Positions 1 to 10,747 of a stretch of 64,000 bases of DNA are shown piece after piece. Each line of letters opens with the position of its first letter. Within the stretch, counting starts at the first letter, position 1. Under the pieces are notes generated by a model. The model was given only the letters and a program-made list of their open reading frames with translations. It was not told the DNA's origin and searched no databases. Source of the DNA: Clostridiales bacterium DTU086. GTDB taxonomy: Bacteria > Bacillota > DTU086. The position numbers were made by a program, and so were the translations under genes. The stretch is taken from NCBI GenBank assembly GCA_001513335.1, contig LFTO01000038.1, positions 20,040-84,039 of the forward strand. Direction: 5' to 3'.

Positions 1-655
1 TGACCCATCACTTTGGAGCAATTTAATAATCCCTGGTATATGGGATTCTGTCTATATGATCGTTATTTCTGTGGTCTTCTCTCACATCTTTGGGGTTCCC
101 CTGGGAATTCTCCTGGTAATTACTGAACGGGGGAATATAATGGAAATGAAAGCTCTGAATAGAGTACTCGGTTTCATAACCAACCTGGGCAGGGCGTTCC
201 CTTTCATTATCCTTTTAGTAGTAATTGTCCCCTTTACAAAGTTTGTTGCAGGTACCACAATTGGACCTACAGGTGCAGCAGTCCCACTGACAGTTGCAGC
301 TATTCCATTTGTTGGGAGAATGGTTGAACAATCTTTACGAGAAGTACCATGGGGTGTGGTAGAATCAGCCCTTTCTATGGGTGCCAGCCCCTGGCAGATT
401 ATCACAAAAGTACTGCTTCCGGAATCATTCCCTTCTTTAGTGCTTGGTGTTACAATTACTACAATAACCCTTATAGGCTATCATGCTATGGCAGGTGTTG
501 TGGGAGGAGGTGGCTTAGGGGATATCGCAGTCAGGTACGGTTACTATCGAAAAGAAATTGTGGAAATGTGGATTTCCGTAATCCTAATTTTGCTTATGGT
601 TCAAATTTCTCAGACAGTTGGTAATTCACTGGCCAAAAAATTAGACAAAAGGTAA
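1..655 (+). CDS. metI: Methionine ABC transporter permease MetI (5'-partial; the gene starts upstream of the window)
   Basis: ORF in frame from the window edge. Multi-TM ABC permease with the EAA-like loop (…AASLGASPWQII-like 'ESALSMGASPWQIITKVLLPES'). It is followed by a MetQ/NlpA lipoprotein. Confidence 0.8.
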   Translation, partial: DPSLWSNLIIPGIWDSVYMIVISVVFSHIFGVPLGILLVITERGNIMEMKALNRVLGFITNLGRAFPFIILLVVIVPFTKFVAGTTIGPTGAAVPLTVAAIPFVGRMVEQSLREVPWGVVESALSMGASPWQIITKVLLPESFPSLVLGVTITTITLIGYHAMAGVVGGGGLGDIAVRYGYYRKEIVEMWISVILILLMVQISQTVGNSLAKKLDKR

Positions 656-678
656 TTATTAAAGGAGGCCTGAAACCT

Positions 679-1500
679 GTGAAAAAAATACTGGTAATAC
701 TTTTAATCTCGGCAGTTGCAGTTTTTGCTTTCGGCTGCGGTGGTGGGGAAGGAACCGCTGAAGAAGAAACGGTTAAATTAGTTGTTGGAGCAACCCCTGT
801 TCCTCATGCGAAAATTCTGGAGTTTATTAAGCCCATTCTTGAAGAACAAGGTATCGAACTACAAATTCAAGAGTTCACTGATTATGTTCAGCCCAATTTG
901 GCACTGAGCGACGGACAGCTGGACGCCAACTACTTCCAGCACCTACCTTACCTTGAACAGTTTAATAAGGACAACAATACCGATTTAACATATACAGTTT
1001 CTGTCCATTTTGAACCCCTAGGACTATATTCACAAACAATTTCTTCCCTTGACGAAATTGAAGATGGGGCCAAGATAGGTGTTCCCAATGACCCGACAAA
1101 TGAAGCCAGAGCACTTTTGCTCCTCCAAGACAATGGGCTTCTCACCTTAAAAGAGGGTGTAGAGCTTAAGGCTACCAAACTTGACGTTGTTGAAAATCCC
1201 AAAAACATTGAGATTATAGAAATGGAAGCAGCTCAGTTAGCTACATCACTTTCTGATATGACTGCTGCGGTCATAAACGGCAACTATGCCCTTGATGCCG
1301 GGCTCTCAATCTCTGAAGCCATCGTATCAGAGGGCAAAGAATCAATTGCTGCTCAGACTTTCGGAAACATTCTTGCTATCCGACCTGGAGATGAAGAACG
1401 TCCTGAAATTCAAGCTCTAAGCGATGTATTGAACTCAGATGAAGTAAGAAACTTCATTGAAGAACAGTATGCTGAAAGCGGTTTCGTTCCCACATTCTAA
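679..1500 (+). CDS. metQ: Methionine-binding lipoprotein MetQ/NlpA family
   Basis: GTG start preceded by an AAAGGAGG RBS. Lipoprotein signal 'LLISAVAVFAFGCGG'. NlpA-family length and motifs. It follows metI. Confidence 0.8.
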   Translation: MKKILVILLISAVAVFAFGCGGGEGTAEEETVKLVVGATPVPHAKILEFIKPILEEQGIELQIQEFTDYVQPNLALSDGQLDANYFQHLPYLEQFNKDNNTDLTYTVSVHFEPLGLYSQTISSLDEIEDGAKIGVPNDPTNEARALLLLQDNGLLTLKEGVELKATKLDVVENPKNIEIIEMEAAQLATSLSDMTAAVINGNYALDAGLSISEAIVSEGKESIAAQTFGNILAIRPGDEERPEIQALSDVLNSDEVRNFIEEQYAESGFVPTF

Positions 1501-1542
1501 GACTAATTTGAACCGTTTTCAAAAATCTTTCTAAATTCTTTT

Positions 1543-1583
1543 GAAGGCTTGGCTGATTTCTTGTCAAGCCTTCATTCTTTTTG
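1543..1583 (+). terminator. Rho-independent terminator after metQ
   Basis: GAAGGCTTG…CAAGCCTTC 9-bp stem followed by ATTCTTTTTG. Confidence 0.7.
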
Positions 1584-1684
1584 AATCACCCTAAAATCAC
1601 TGAATATTCTTTGTAATGTCTCCTGAATATGGTAACATATATTATAATGAAACTTTTTATTGGTTAAAATCGAAGGGGGATAAT

Positions 1685-1960
1685 ATGGCCAAGAAAAAAA
1701 AGTCAGCCCATAGAAAGGAATCTACAAAAAGTCAGGCACCCAAACCAGCTAATAAACCGCCTAAATGGGGGCTGCTTGTTGCTGCTGTTTTGGCTTTCCT
1801 TTTAGTTAACGTTGCCCTAACAGTCATGAACAAGCTGGGGGTAGACAACCGTACACTGCAGACTGTTGTAGTAATTGTAATAGCCATTCTTGCAGGTTTA
1901 GGAGCCCGTCCCTTAACTTTTGCACTGCAAAAAAGGTTTAGTTCCAATAATAATGATTAA
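1685..1960 (+). CDS. Small basic membrane protein (91 aa, two predicted TM helices), hypothetical
   Basis: ATG with a GAAGGGGGA RBS. Lys-rich N-terminus (MAKKKKSAHRKE) followed by two hydrophobic segments. Confidence 0.5.
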   Translation: MAKKKKSAHRKESTKSQAPKPANKPPKWGLLVAAVLAFLLVNVALTVMNKLGVDNRTLQTVVVIVIAILAGLGARPLTFALQKRFSSNNND

Positions 1961-1973
1961 CTTATAGTTAAAC

Positions 1974-2016
1974 AAAAAAGCCCAGGGCTGACCTGGGCAT
2001 TTATATCTGACTTTTT
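1974..2016. terminator. Bidirectional intrinsic terminator
   Basis: GCCCAGG-gctga-CCTGGGC hairpin flanked by an A-run upstream and a T-rich tract downstream. Confidence 0.65.
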
Positions 2017-2038
2017 GTATCTGTATCTAAAATTTTTT

Positions 2039-2158
2039 CTACTCTGAACCTTTTACTTGAAAGTCATCCGGGTTCTTGGCACTGCTTTGCTCCATTTGAT
2101 TTTGGGCTAACTGTTTAGCAAGCTTCTTTTTCATTTTCTGCTCTTTGCTTTTTGCCAC
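2039..2158 (-). CDS. Small Lys/Gln-rich hydrophilic protein (39 aa), hypothetical
   Basis: GTG start 6 nt after a strong GAAAGGAGGGG RBS. Read by hand (MAKSKEQKMKKKLAKQLAQNQMEQSSAKNPDDFQVKGSE), not in the ORF track. Ends at the bidirectional terminator. Confidence 0.35.
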   Translation of the reverse strand: MAKSKEQKMKKKLAKQLAQNQMEQSSAKNPDDFQVKGSE

Positions 2159-2317
2159 CGCAACCCCTCCTTTCTTTACCGTCCATCTTAATGTTTCCCC
2201 AATTAGGAAAAATTAAACACTTTTTCGCCATAAATTCCAAAATTTTAGCAACTTTGAAGGAAAATGTCGTCAGTAATCGAATTAATTGATGAACAATGTT
2301 TTTCAGGAGGTTTTATC

Positions 2318-2977
2318 ATGTCCTGTCTTTCAATTAAGGGCACGATGAAAGGTTTAATAATCTGCATTGAGGGAAACACCCTGTTTGAAAATATTAAATC
2401 CGAGTTAATAAGTAGGCTGGAAGCAAGCAAGGGATTTTTCAAAGAAGCTCCCTTCTGTCTCTATGGGGATCAAAACCTTCCCTCAGAACAAAGGCAGGCA
2501 CTTATCGACTTATGTGTCGATAACGGAATGGTACTTGATAACAGTATTGTTTCTGCTATGCCAAAGCAATACAGCCCTAATAACAAAAATACCGATAGTC
2601 AGCCAGTTACCGATGACAATCTGGTTATAAACAGGAACATTCGCTCGGGACAAAGGATTATTGCAAAAAAAGATCTGGTTATTGTAGGTAACGTTAACCC
2701 AGGAGCCGAGTTGATAGCCGGCGGGAATATAATTGTAATGGGCAGCCTCAGGGGCGTAGCCCATGCAGGCTCAACAGGGAATGAATTTGCCACAATTACA
2801 GCACAGGAAATGCAGCCCACTCAAATACGAATAGCCGGTATTGTTGCCTGCAAACCTGACCACGATACTGAAGCACCGGCCCAAACAGAAATAGCGTATA
2901 TAAAAGATAATAAAATTGTTATTGAGGCGTTCAATAACACCAATAACATATTCCGGGGGAGTTCCAGAATAGCTTGA
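2318..2977 (+). CDS. minC: Septum site-determining protein MinC (standalone, no adjacent minD/minE)
   Basis: MinC N-domain plus the C-terminal beta-helix motif 'LVIVGNVNPGAELIAGGNIIVMGSLRGVAHAG'. ATG at 2318 with a CAGGAGG RBS. Confidence 0.8.
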   Translation: MSCLSIKGTMKGLIICIEGNTLFENIKSELISRLEASKGFFKEAPFCLYGDQNLPSEQRQALIDLCVDNGMVLDNSIVSAMPKQYSPNNKNTDSQPVTDDNLVINRNIRSGQRIIAKKDLVIVGNVNPGAELIAGGNIIVMGSLRGVAHAGSTGNEFATITAQEMQPTQIRIAGIVACKPDHDTEAPAQTEIAYIKDNKIVIEAFNNTNNIFRGSSRIA

Positions 2978-2997
2978 ATTGATGAAGAATAAAAAGT

Positions 2998-3027
2998 ATG
3001 CCGTTATTAATAGCGGCATTTTTTTAT
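2998..3027. terminator. Bidirectional terminator between minC and pyk
   Basis: ATGCCG…CGGCAT hairpin with T-runs on both strands. Confidence 0.6.
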
Positions 3028-4439
3028 TTGACTACCACCACCTTTAGCAGGTTGGTTGTCCCTGAAACAGGCACACCGGCTGTAATAACAACCAGGTCTC
3101 CTTTACGGATCAATCCCTTGTCCTGGCATACTTCAATCCCTTTTTGAATCATTTCGTCAGTTACTTCCGCCTGTTGTACCTTTACAGGAATTACTCCCCA
3201 AGTGAGACACAGATGAGCCAAGGTATCTTCAAAGGCGCTGAGCCCTACTATAGGGGGCTTTGGTCTATACCTGGAAACCATCCTCGCAGTAAAACCCGAT
3301 ACTGTCAGTGTTAATATTGCATCAGCCTGTAAATCCATAGCAATAGTGCAAGATGCGTGGCTTATAGCATCTGTGATGGTCTTGGGGAATTCCATAAGTT
3401 TCATCTGAAGCATATCCTGGTAGTTTAAAGCTTCTTCCGTTCGCACTGCAATTCGGTCCATGGTTTTTACCGCTTCCACAGGGAATTTTCCTACTGCAGT
3501 TTCACCTGAGAGCATTATAGCATCTGTCCCATCAAATATGGCATTGGCAACATCACTGGCTTCCGCCCGTGTTGGACGGGGATTTCGGACCATGGAATCC
3601 AGCATATGAGTAGCTGTAATCACTGGTTTGCCTGCTTGATTGCACTGATTGATAAGTTTTTTTTGTACCAGGGGAACCTCCTCAGGCAAAATCTCCACAC
3701 CTAAGTCTCCCCTGGCTATCATTACGGCATCAACTACCTGTAAAATGTCGGCAAAATTCTTTACTGCCGCTTGTGTTTCCACCTTGGAAATTAATTGAAT
3801 GTTATTTGCTCCCTGATCCTCAATAAATTCCCTAATATCTAACACATCTTGCGCTTTTCTGACAAAGGATACAGCAATAAAGTGTACGCCCTCCTCAATG
3901 CCCATAATAATATCCTCATAATCTGATTCCGTTAAAGAGGGCAGACTCAAATCAAGTCCCGGAAGGTTAACTCCTTTATGGTCGCTTAGCACTCCCCCAT
4001 TTACAACTTTACAGATTACCTCATCAAACTCACTTTTTATCACTTCAAGGTTAATCAATCCATCGTCCAAAAGAACGGTATCGCCTTTTTTCAAATCATG
4101 GCTTAAAAATTCATAGTTTAGGGGGATGAGTCCTTCTGAACCGAGAACATTGTCTCTTGTTATTCGAACAATGCCGCCTTCCTGGAGTTTAACCTTTCCA
4201 TTTTTAAATTTTCCGACCCTCAGTTCTGGACCCTTCATATCCAGCATTATCCCCACTACTTTGTTCTCACGAAGGGCTGCCTCTTTGACTTTTCTAATCA
4301 AAGCCCGGTGACTGTCCCTGGTTCCGTGAGAAACATTTAATCGGGCCACATTCATTCCCACTCGTATCATTTTTCTTAGAACTTCCAAACTGTCACATGC
4401 CGGGCCTAATGTACAGACAATTTTAGTACGCCGCAACAT
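3024..4439 (-). CDS. pyk: Pyruvate kinase
   Basis: 'KIVCTLGPA', 'MVARGDLGVEI', 'TQMLDSM' motifs. ATG at 4439 with a GAGGAGG RBS. Immediately downstream of pfkA. Confidence 0.9.
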   Translation of the reverse strand: MLRRTKIVCTLGPACDSLEVLRKMIRVGMNVARLNVSHGTRDSHRALIRKVKEAALRENKVVGIMLDMKGPELRVGKFKNGKVKLQEGGIVRITRDNVLGSEGLIPLNYEFLSHDLKKGDTVLLDDGLINLEVIKSEFDEVICKVVNGGVLSDHKGVNLPGLDLSLPSLTESDYEDIIMGIEEGVHFIAVSFVRKAQDVLDIREFIEDQGANNIQLISKVETQAAVKNFADILQVVDAVMIARGDLGVEILPEEVPLVQKKLINQCNQAGKPVITATHMLDSMVRNPRPTRAEASDVANAIFDGTDAIMLSGETAVGKFPVEAVKTMDRIAVRTEEALNYQDMLQMKLMEFPKTITDAISHASCTIAMDLQADAILTLTVSGFTARMVSRYRPKPPIVGLSAFEDTLAHLCLTWGVIPVKVQQAEVTDEMIQKGIEVCQDKGLIRKGDLVVITAGVPVSGTTNLLKVVVVK

Positions 4440-4450
4440 CCATATCCTCC

Positions 4451-5488
<1,038 letters not shown>

Positions 5489-5569
5489 CTAAAAAATCAA
5501 CTACGAATACCAGATGGGCAATTACTTCTTCTGGCTCTAATTCGCTGCTTTTAATTATGTATTTAGTAC

Positions 5570-5803
5570 TTACTGCCCGGAATTTATTGCTCCGTGATGG
5601 GTTAATATTTCTGCTTTTCCGCGAATTTTCATTGCCGAAGTATGTTCCGTAAACTGGGCCACCATAACTTCTCCCTTATCAAGCTTTTCACTATGGTGAA
5701 ATTTTGTATCTGTACCTCTGGTGAGTCCGATAATTGTGACCCCGTTTTCCAGGGCTTTTACCACTATATATTCATTATTAAAATACCTGTCGTTCAAAGC
5801 CAT
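5570..5803 (-). CDS. Small conserved hypothetical protein (77 aa), translationally coupled to coaD
   Basis: ATG 3 nt after the coaD stop, with GAGGAGG overlapping the coaD 3' end. No confident family assignment. Confidence 0.5.
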   Translation of the reverse strand: MALNDRYFNNEYIVVKALENGVTIIGLTRGTDTKFHHSEKLDKGEVMVAQFTEHTSAMKIRGKAEILTHHGAINSGQ

Positions 5804-5806
5804 TCC

Positions 5807-6298
5807 TCATGCCTCCTCATTGGTTAAAAATTTTTTCCTGAGGGATAATTCCACAATCTCAGGAACAAGTCCAGATACACATCCACCGAGAGCGGCCACC
5901 TGTTTTATTATGCTTGAACTCAAAAAAGAATACTCCGTTGAAGTGGTAAAAAATATAGTTTCACATTTTTCGGCCATTTTCTTATTCATTGCTGCCAGCT
6001 GCATTTCATATTCAAAATCCGAAACAGCGCGCAGTCCCCTAATTATTCCTGCAGCTCCTTTTCTTTCCGCATAGTCAATTAGCAAACCCGAAAAGACTTC
6101 TACCGTAACATTTGGATAAGATTGAGTAACATTTATCAGCATATCTTTGCGCTCATCAACGGTAAACAGTGTATCCTTGTTGTTATCCATGGCAATAGCA
6201 ACGATTATTTGGTCAAATATTGTTGATGCTCTGGAGATAATATCCAGGTGCCCGTTGGTAACAGGATCGAAGCTGCCTGGGTAAATTCCTAATGGCAT
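5807..6298 (-). CDS. coaD: Phosphopantetheine adenylyltransferase
   Basis: 'GIYPGSFDPVTNGHLDII' H/TxGH motif. ATG at 6298 with a GGTGGTG RBS. Confidence 0.9.
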   Translation of the reverse strand: MPLGIYPGSFDPVTNGHLDIISRASTIFDQIIVAIAMDNNKDTLFTVDERKDMLINVTQSYPNVTVEVFSGLLIDYAERKGAAGIIRGLRAVSDFEYEMQLAAMNKKMAEKCETIFFTTSTEYSFLSSSIIKQVAALGGCVSGLVPEIVELSLRKKFLTNEEA

Positions 6299-6347
6299 GT
6301 TCACCACCGCCGTAAATAGTATACTGGATAATTTTGCTCACCCTAAA

Positions 6348-6833
6348 TTAATCTTCATTTTCCACCGAGCCAACAGAAGAGTGAGCAATCCTTGCACACG
6401 CAGCTGCAGCAACTGCAGCAACCAAGTCATCTGCAAAGGTATTCACATACTCATACTTGCCATCATTAAGCTCCCCGATAATACCATGTTTTGTTTTATC
6501 CAGATATCCGAAACTTGTCAAACCGATAGATCCGTAAACATTGGTGATGGCAAGAGCAATTACTTCATCAATTCCGTATAGGGGTTCATCATTTTGAACT
6601 ATTCCCAGAAGGGGTTCTGGCAGAATTCCCTCTTCGGCAAGGGTATCCAAGGCTAAGCCTGTCAATAATGCATACTGCACCTCTCTCTTCTTCAAAACAA
6701 CGTGCACTGCCTCGCAGCAGGACTCGAAGGTTAAATTGGGAAAGTATTCTGATTGAAGTTCATATACTATTTCAGCAACCTTCTCTATCGAAACGCCTCT
6801 TTCTTTTAGTTTTTGAATCACAAGATCTTTCAA
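6348..6833 (-). CDS. YutG/PgpA-family protein (phosphatidylglycerophosphatase A-like)
   Basis: 'KREVQYALLTGLALD', 'NVYGSIGLTSFGYLDK', 'FADDLVAAVAAAA' resemble the YutG/PgpA family. TTG start with a GGAGGGG RBS inferred; the longer track ORF is probably a 5' overextension. Confidence 0.55.
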   Translation of the reverse strand: MKDLVIQKLKERGVSIEKVAEIVYELQSEYFPNLTFESCCEAVHVVLKKREVQYALLTGLALDTLAEEGILPEPLLGIVQNDEPLYGIDEVIALAITNVYGSIGLTSFGYLDKTKHGIIGELNDGKYEYVNTFADDLVAAVAAAACARIAHSSVGSVENED

Positions 6834-6921
6834 AGGTTTCCCCTCCAAGAATATTCCCCACACCTCATAGTCGCAGCTGCAAGTACCATTTCCTGTTCCT
6901 TCGAGAAACCACACATGATTG

Positions 6922-9900
6922 TCAGCTTACAACAACGTTTTCATTGCCACATAAGAGGGACACATCTGATATTAAGTCCCGGGAAATGCGCACCCAAAAC
7001 TGTCCGTCAATTCTCAGTATTTTCCCATACCCCAGATCCAGATAAACAGGACTGCCGCCGGGGTACCTGGAAAAAATCCCTTTAAGGGCCATTAAAGTTT
7101 TTTCCAATTCTTCACCTTTAGGTAGTTTTATTAACAGATTTCCCTCAATAGGCTGGTCTTCACTGTTTTCAAAAAGAGAATCATCAACTTTTCTGATGGA
7201 ATCACAAGACAGCTTCACCTCTTCTTCCTGCCGACGTAACGTAGCCTTAACAAGCAAGATGTTATCCGGGTCGAGCAGGGAAACATACTTATTGTATGCT
7301 TTTGGAAATACAATTACACCAATACTTCCTGTCGTATCCTCCAATGTTAAATAGGCCATCATCTCCTTTTTCTTGGTAATCGTAGGTTTTACACCTGTTA
7401 CTATCCCGGCAACGATTACGCTTTCTCCATCCAGAAGGTTATCCAGTTCAGCTATATGGTGGCTTATAAATCTATCTAATTTGGATCTGTAGCTTTCCAT
7501 CGGGTGACCGCTAATATAGAACCCAAGGATCTCTTTCTCCATGGAGAGTATTTCTGCAGGTGGATAGTCTTCCATGTCTTCGACAGTAATTGTGGGTTCA
7601 AAATCGTCAGTCATTATATCAAAAAGGGAAACCTGGCCTAAATCCCTGTCATACTGAAGTCTGTGCCCTGCATCCATACACTTGTCGATAATAGACATCA
7701 ACTGCTTTCTATTTAAACCCAAAGAGTCAAAGGCACCGCATTTTATCAGGCTTTCAACCATTCTCTTAGTAATTACATGTATGTCCACTCTCTCACAAAA
7801 GTCCTGCAGTGACCTGAAAGGACCGTCCTGTCTTGCTTCAATAATAGCATTGATGGCATTTCTTCCTACATTTTTCACGGCAGCCAGGCCGAACCGGATC
7901 TGGCCTTCACTTACAGTAAAGTCAACAAGGCTTTTATTGACATCAGGGGGAAGAATATTGATTCCCAGCGCTTTACACTCTTCCATATACAGAGGTACCT
8001 TGTCCGGGTTATCCATGATGCTGCTGAGGAGAGACGCCATATACTCTACGGGATAATTCGCTTTTAAATAAGCAGTCTCGTAAGCTATCATGGCGTATGC
8101 AGCACTATGGCTTTTATTAAAGCCGTAGCCGGCGAAATGTGCCATTAAGTCAAAAATCTTTCCGGCAGTTTCTGAATCAACACCATTCTTTTCTGCCCCG
8201 TCCATGAAGCTTTTTCTCTTATCGGCAATTATTTCGGGTTTTTTCTTACCCATTGCGCGCCGCAGGAGGTCTGCTTCCCCCAGGCTGAAACCGGCAAGTT
8301 CGCTGGATATACGCATCACCTGCTCCTGATACAGAATTACTCCGTATGTTTCCTCCAGCAGTGGCTCCAAACTGGGATGAGGATATTCCACTGGGATTTC
8401 TCCATGTTTGCGGGCAATAAAATCTTCAACCATTCCGCTCCCCAAGGGGCCCGGTCTGTAAAGAGCGTTAACAGCAATCAAGTCTTCAAGTCTCTCCGGG
8501 CGTAGATTTTTTAATATGGACCTCATTCCAGAACTCTCCAGTTGAAAAACACCGATACTGTCACCCCTGGCAAGCATCTCAAAGGTTTTCTTATCATTTA
8601 GGGGCAGGTCCTGTGACAAATTTAATTCTATTCCGTAGGACTCCTTGATTCTTTGAAGAGTGTCACCAATTACTGTTAGGGTGCGCAAACCCAGAACGTC
8701 CATTTTCAACAATCCCAGTTCCTCAACTGTCCGCATGGGAAACTGAGTCGTGACGCTGCCTTCACTTGTTTTTTGTAACGGAACAAAGGATGTTAACGGA
8801 TCATGACTAATCACCACTCCGGCGGCATGGGTCGATGCGTGTCTGGGAAGCCCTTCTATAGCCATGGCCATATCTATAATCTTTCTTACAGTATCATCTT
8901 CCCTATAATTGCGCTGCAGTTCGGGAGACATTTCCAAAGCCTTTTCAATGGTTATGCCTAGTTCATTAGGCACAAGCTTGGAAATTTTATCTACCTCCGG
9001 ATAAGGAACACCCATTACTCTCCCTACATCCCTAATTGCAGCTTTGGCAGCCATAGTCCCAAATGTCACAATTTGAGCCACATGATCATGCCCGTATTTT
9101 TGGGAAATATAATCGATTATCTCACCCCGACGTTCAAAACAAAAATCTGTATCAATATCCGGCATGTTGACACGCTGGGGATTGAGAAACCGCTCAAAAA
9201 GAAGGTCAAAATCCAGAGGGTTAAGATCCGTAATACCAAGCACATATGCTACCAAACTGCCCGCCGCCGACCCTCTACCGGGGCCAACAGGGATGCCTTT
9301 GTCTTTGGCATGCTGAATTACATCAGCTACAATCAGGAAGTACCCGGAAAACCCCATTGACTGGATAACATCGAGCTCATACCGTAAACGCTCCAAGACA
9401 ACCTCATCAGGCTTGGGAAATCTGTCTGGCAGCTTCTTGAAACACTGTTCTTCCAAATAGGAATCCAGTGTATATCCCTCAGGCACCTTATATTCAGGGA
9501 GATGTAACTTGCTAAAGTCAAATTCCACAGAACAGCGCCTGGCAATTTCCCGGGTATTCATAATACTCTCTTCAGAAAAGGGGAAAAGTCTGCGCATTTC
9601 CTCTTCAGTTTTCAGGTAAAACTCTTCCGTGGCAAATCGCAGCCTGTTTGTGTCCTGAAGGGTCTTACCCGTCTGGATACAAAGGAGAACATCGTGAGCG
9701 GCTGCATCCTCCTTGTTCACATAATGCACATCATTAGTAGCTACAACAGGAATCCCTGTCTCCCTGGATATTTTCAACAGGGCTTCATTTACCGGACCCT
9801 GTTCCTCTATCCCGTGATCCTGGAGTTCAAGGTAAAAGTTTCCCTGACCAAAAATTTCGTTATACTCCAGAGCTTTAGCTCTAGCTCTTTTATAATCTCC

Positions 9901-10347
9901 TTCTAAAATGTGGGACGGTATTTCCCCGGCGAGACATGCACTTAAAGCAATCAACCCTTCTGAGTACTTTCGGAGCAAATTAGCATCCACACGGGGTTTG
10001 TAGTAAAACCCCTCAATAAACGCCTCGGAAACCATGTGGACAAGGTTGCTGTAACCTTTTTGGTTTTCTGCAAGCAGAACAAGGTGATATTGGTTTTGAT
10101 CTTTACTGGGCTCACGGTCATGCATAGTCCGTGGAGCTACGTAGACCTCACACCCAATAATCGGCTTAATGCCTTTTTCTTTTGCTGCCTTATAGAAATC
10201 AATCACACCGAACATTACCCCGTGATCGGTAATGGCAATTTCCTCAAAGCCCTTCTCAGCAGCTGAGTCTATCAAGTTTTTTATTCTTGCAGAACCATCC
10301 AGCAAGCTAAACTCTGTATGAACATGTAAATGTGCAAAGTCTCCCAT
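6922..10347 (-). CDS. dnaE: DNA polymerase III alpha subunit
   Basis: PHP domain 'HLHVHTEFSLLDGS', the polIII alpha core and an OB-fold C-terminus. 1141 aa. Confidence 0.95.
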   Translation of the reverse strand: MGDFAHLHVHTEFSLLDGSARIKNLIDSAAEKGFEEIAITDHGVMFGVIDFYKAAKEKGIKPIIGCEVYVAPRTMHDREPSKDQNQYHLVLLAENQKGYSNLVHMVSEAFIEGFYYKPRVDANLLRKYSEGLIALSACLAGEIPSHILEGDYKRARAKALEYNEIFGQGNFYLELQDHGIEEQGPVNEALLKISRETGIPVVATNDVHYVNKEDAAAHDVLLCIQTGKTLQDTNRLRFATEEFYLKTEEEMRRLFPFSEESIMNTREIARRCSVEFDFSKLHLPEYKVPEGYTLDSYLEEQCFKKLPDRFPKPDEVVLERLRYELDVIQSMGFSGYFLIVADVIQHAKDKGIPVGPGRGSAAGSLVAYVLGITDLNPLDFDLLFERFLNPQRVNMPDIDTDFCFERRGEIIDYISQKYGHDHVAQIVTFGTMAAKAAIRDVGRVMGVPYPEVDKISKLVPNELGITIEKALEMSPELQRNYREDDTVRKIIDMAMAIEGLPRHASTHAAGVVISHDPLTSFVPLQKTSEGSVTTQFPMRTVEELGLLKMDVLGLRTLTVIGDTLQRIKESYGIELNLSQDLPLNDKKTFEMLARGDSIGVFQLESSGMRSILKNLRPERLEDLIAVNALYRPGPLGSGMVEDFIARKHGEIPVEYPHPSLEPLLEETYGVILYQEQVMRISSELAGFSLGEADLLRRAMGKKKPEIIADKRKSFMDGAEKNGVDSETAGKIFDLMAHFAGYGFNKSHSAAYAMIAYETAYLKANYPVEYMASLLSSIMDNPDKVPLYMEECKALGINILPPDVNKSLVDFTVSEGQIRFGLAAVKNVGRNAINAIIEARQDGPFRSLQDFCERVDIHVITKRMVESLIKCGAFDSLGLNRKQLMSIIDKCMDAGHRLQYDRDLGQVSLFDIMTDDFEPTITVEDMEDYPPAEILSMEKEILGFYISGHPMESYRSKLDRFISHHIAELDNLLDGESVIVAGIVTGVKPTITKKKEMMAYLTLEDTTGSIGVIVFPKAYNKYVSLLDPDNILLVKATLRRQEEEVKLSCDSIRKVDDSLFENSEDQPIEGNLLIKLPKGEELEKTLMALKGIFSRYPGGSPVYLDLGYGKILRIDGQFWVRISRDLISDVSLLCGNENVVVS

Positions 10348-10438
10348 TGCTGCATCTCCTAGTAAAAAAAACCTTTACTTTTGATATTCCACGGAAATAA
10401 GGGTAGTTCCTGTCCCCTGGCAGTTACTTTTTCCCACA

Positions 10439-10630
10439 TCATTGTGGAGGCCGTTTTCTTTGGAGATTGGTTTTGCCTTTTTCCTCATCCAAGACCTCTT
10501 GCTCAATGTAGGTCTTTTCACCGTCTGCATCAAAAAATGGCTGGCCCCTCAGGGATATCAGTGGAGCAGAGCCTAAAACATCGCTGGTTTCCTCCTCTAT
10601 CCGTTTTTTTCTTTTTTTCTGCTCTTTATC
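10439..10630 (-). CDS. Small Lys/Glu-rich hypothetical protein (63 aa) upstream of dnaE
   Basis: ATG 6 nt after a strong AGGAGGTG RBS. Hydrophilic and highly charged. Confidence 0.45.
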   Translation of the reverse strand, partial: DKEQKKRKKRIEEETSDVLGSAPLISLRGQPFFDADGEKTYIEQEVLDEEKGKTNLQRKRPPQ

Positions 10631-10747
10631 CATAAAGACCACCTCCTTTTTCCATATTTAATTATCCCCAACACTGCACCTGTTAATAAATATTTGAAAT
10701 TTCCGTGGCAATAATAGTGTTAGATACGCATACAGGAGGAAAACAAG

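Noticed and set aside
82-624. Internal or antisense ORFs within metI (82-405 minus, 349-624 plus)
   Set aside because: They lie entirely within a confidently assigned permease gene. Their composition is typical of out-of-frame translation.
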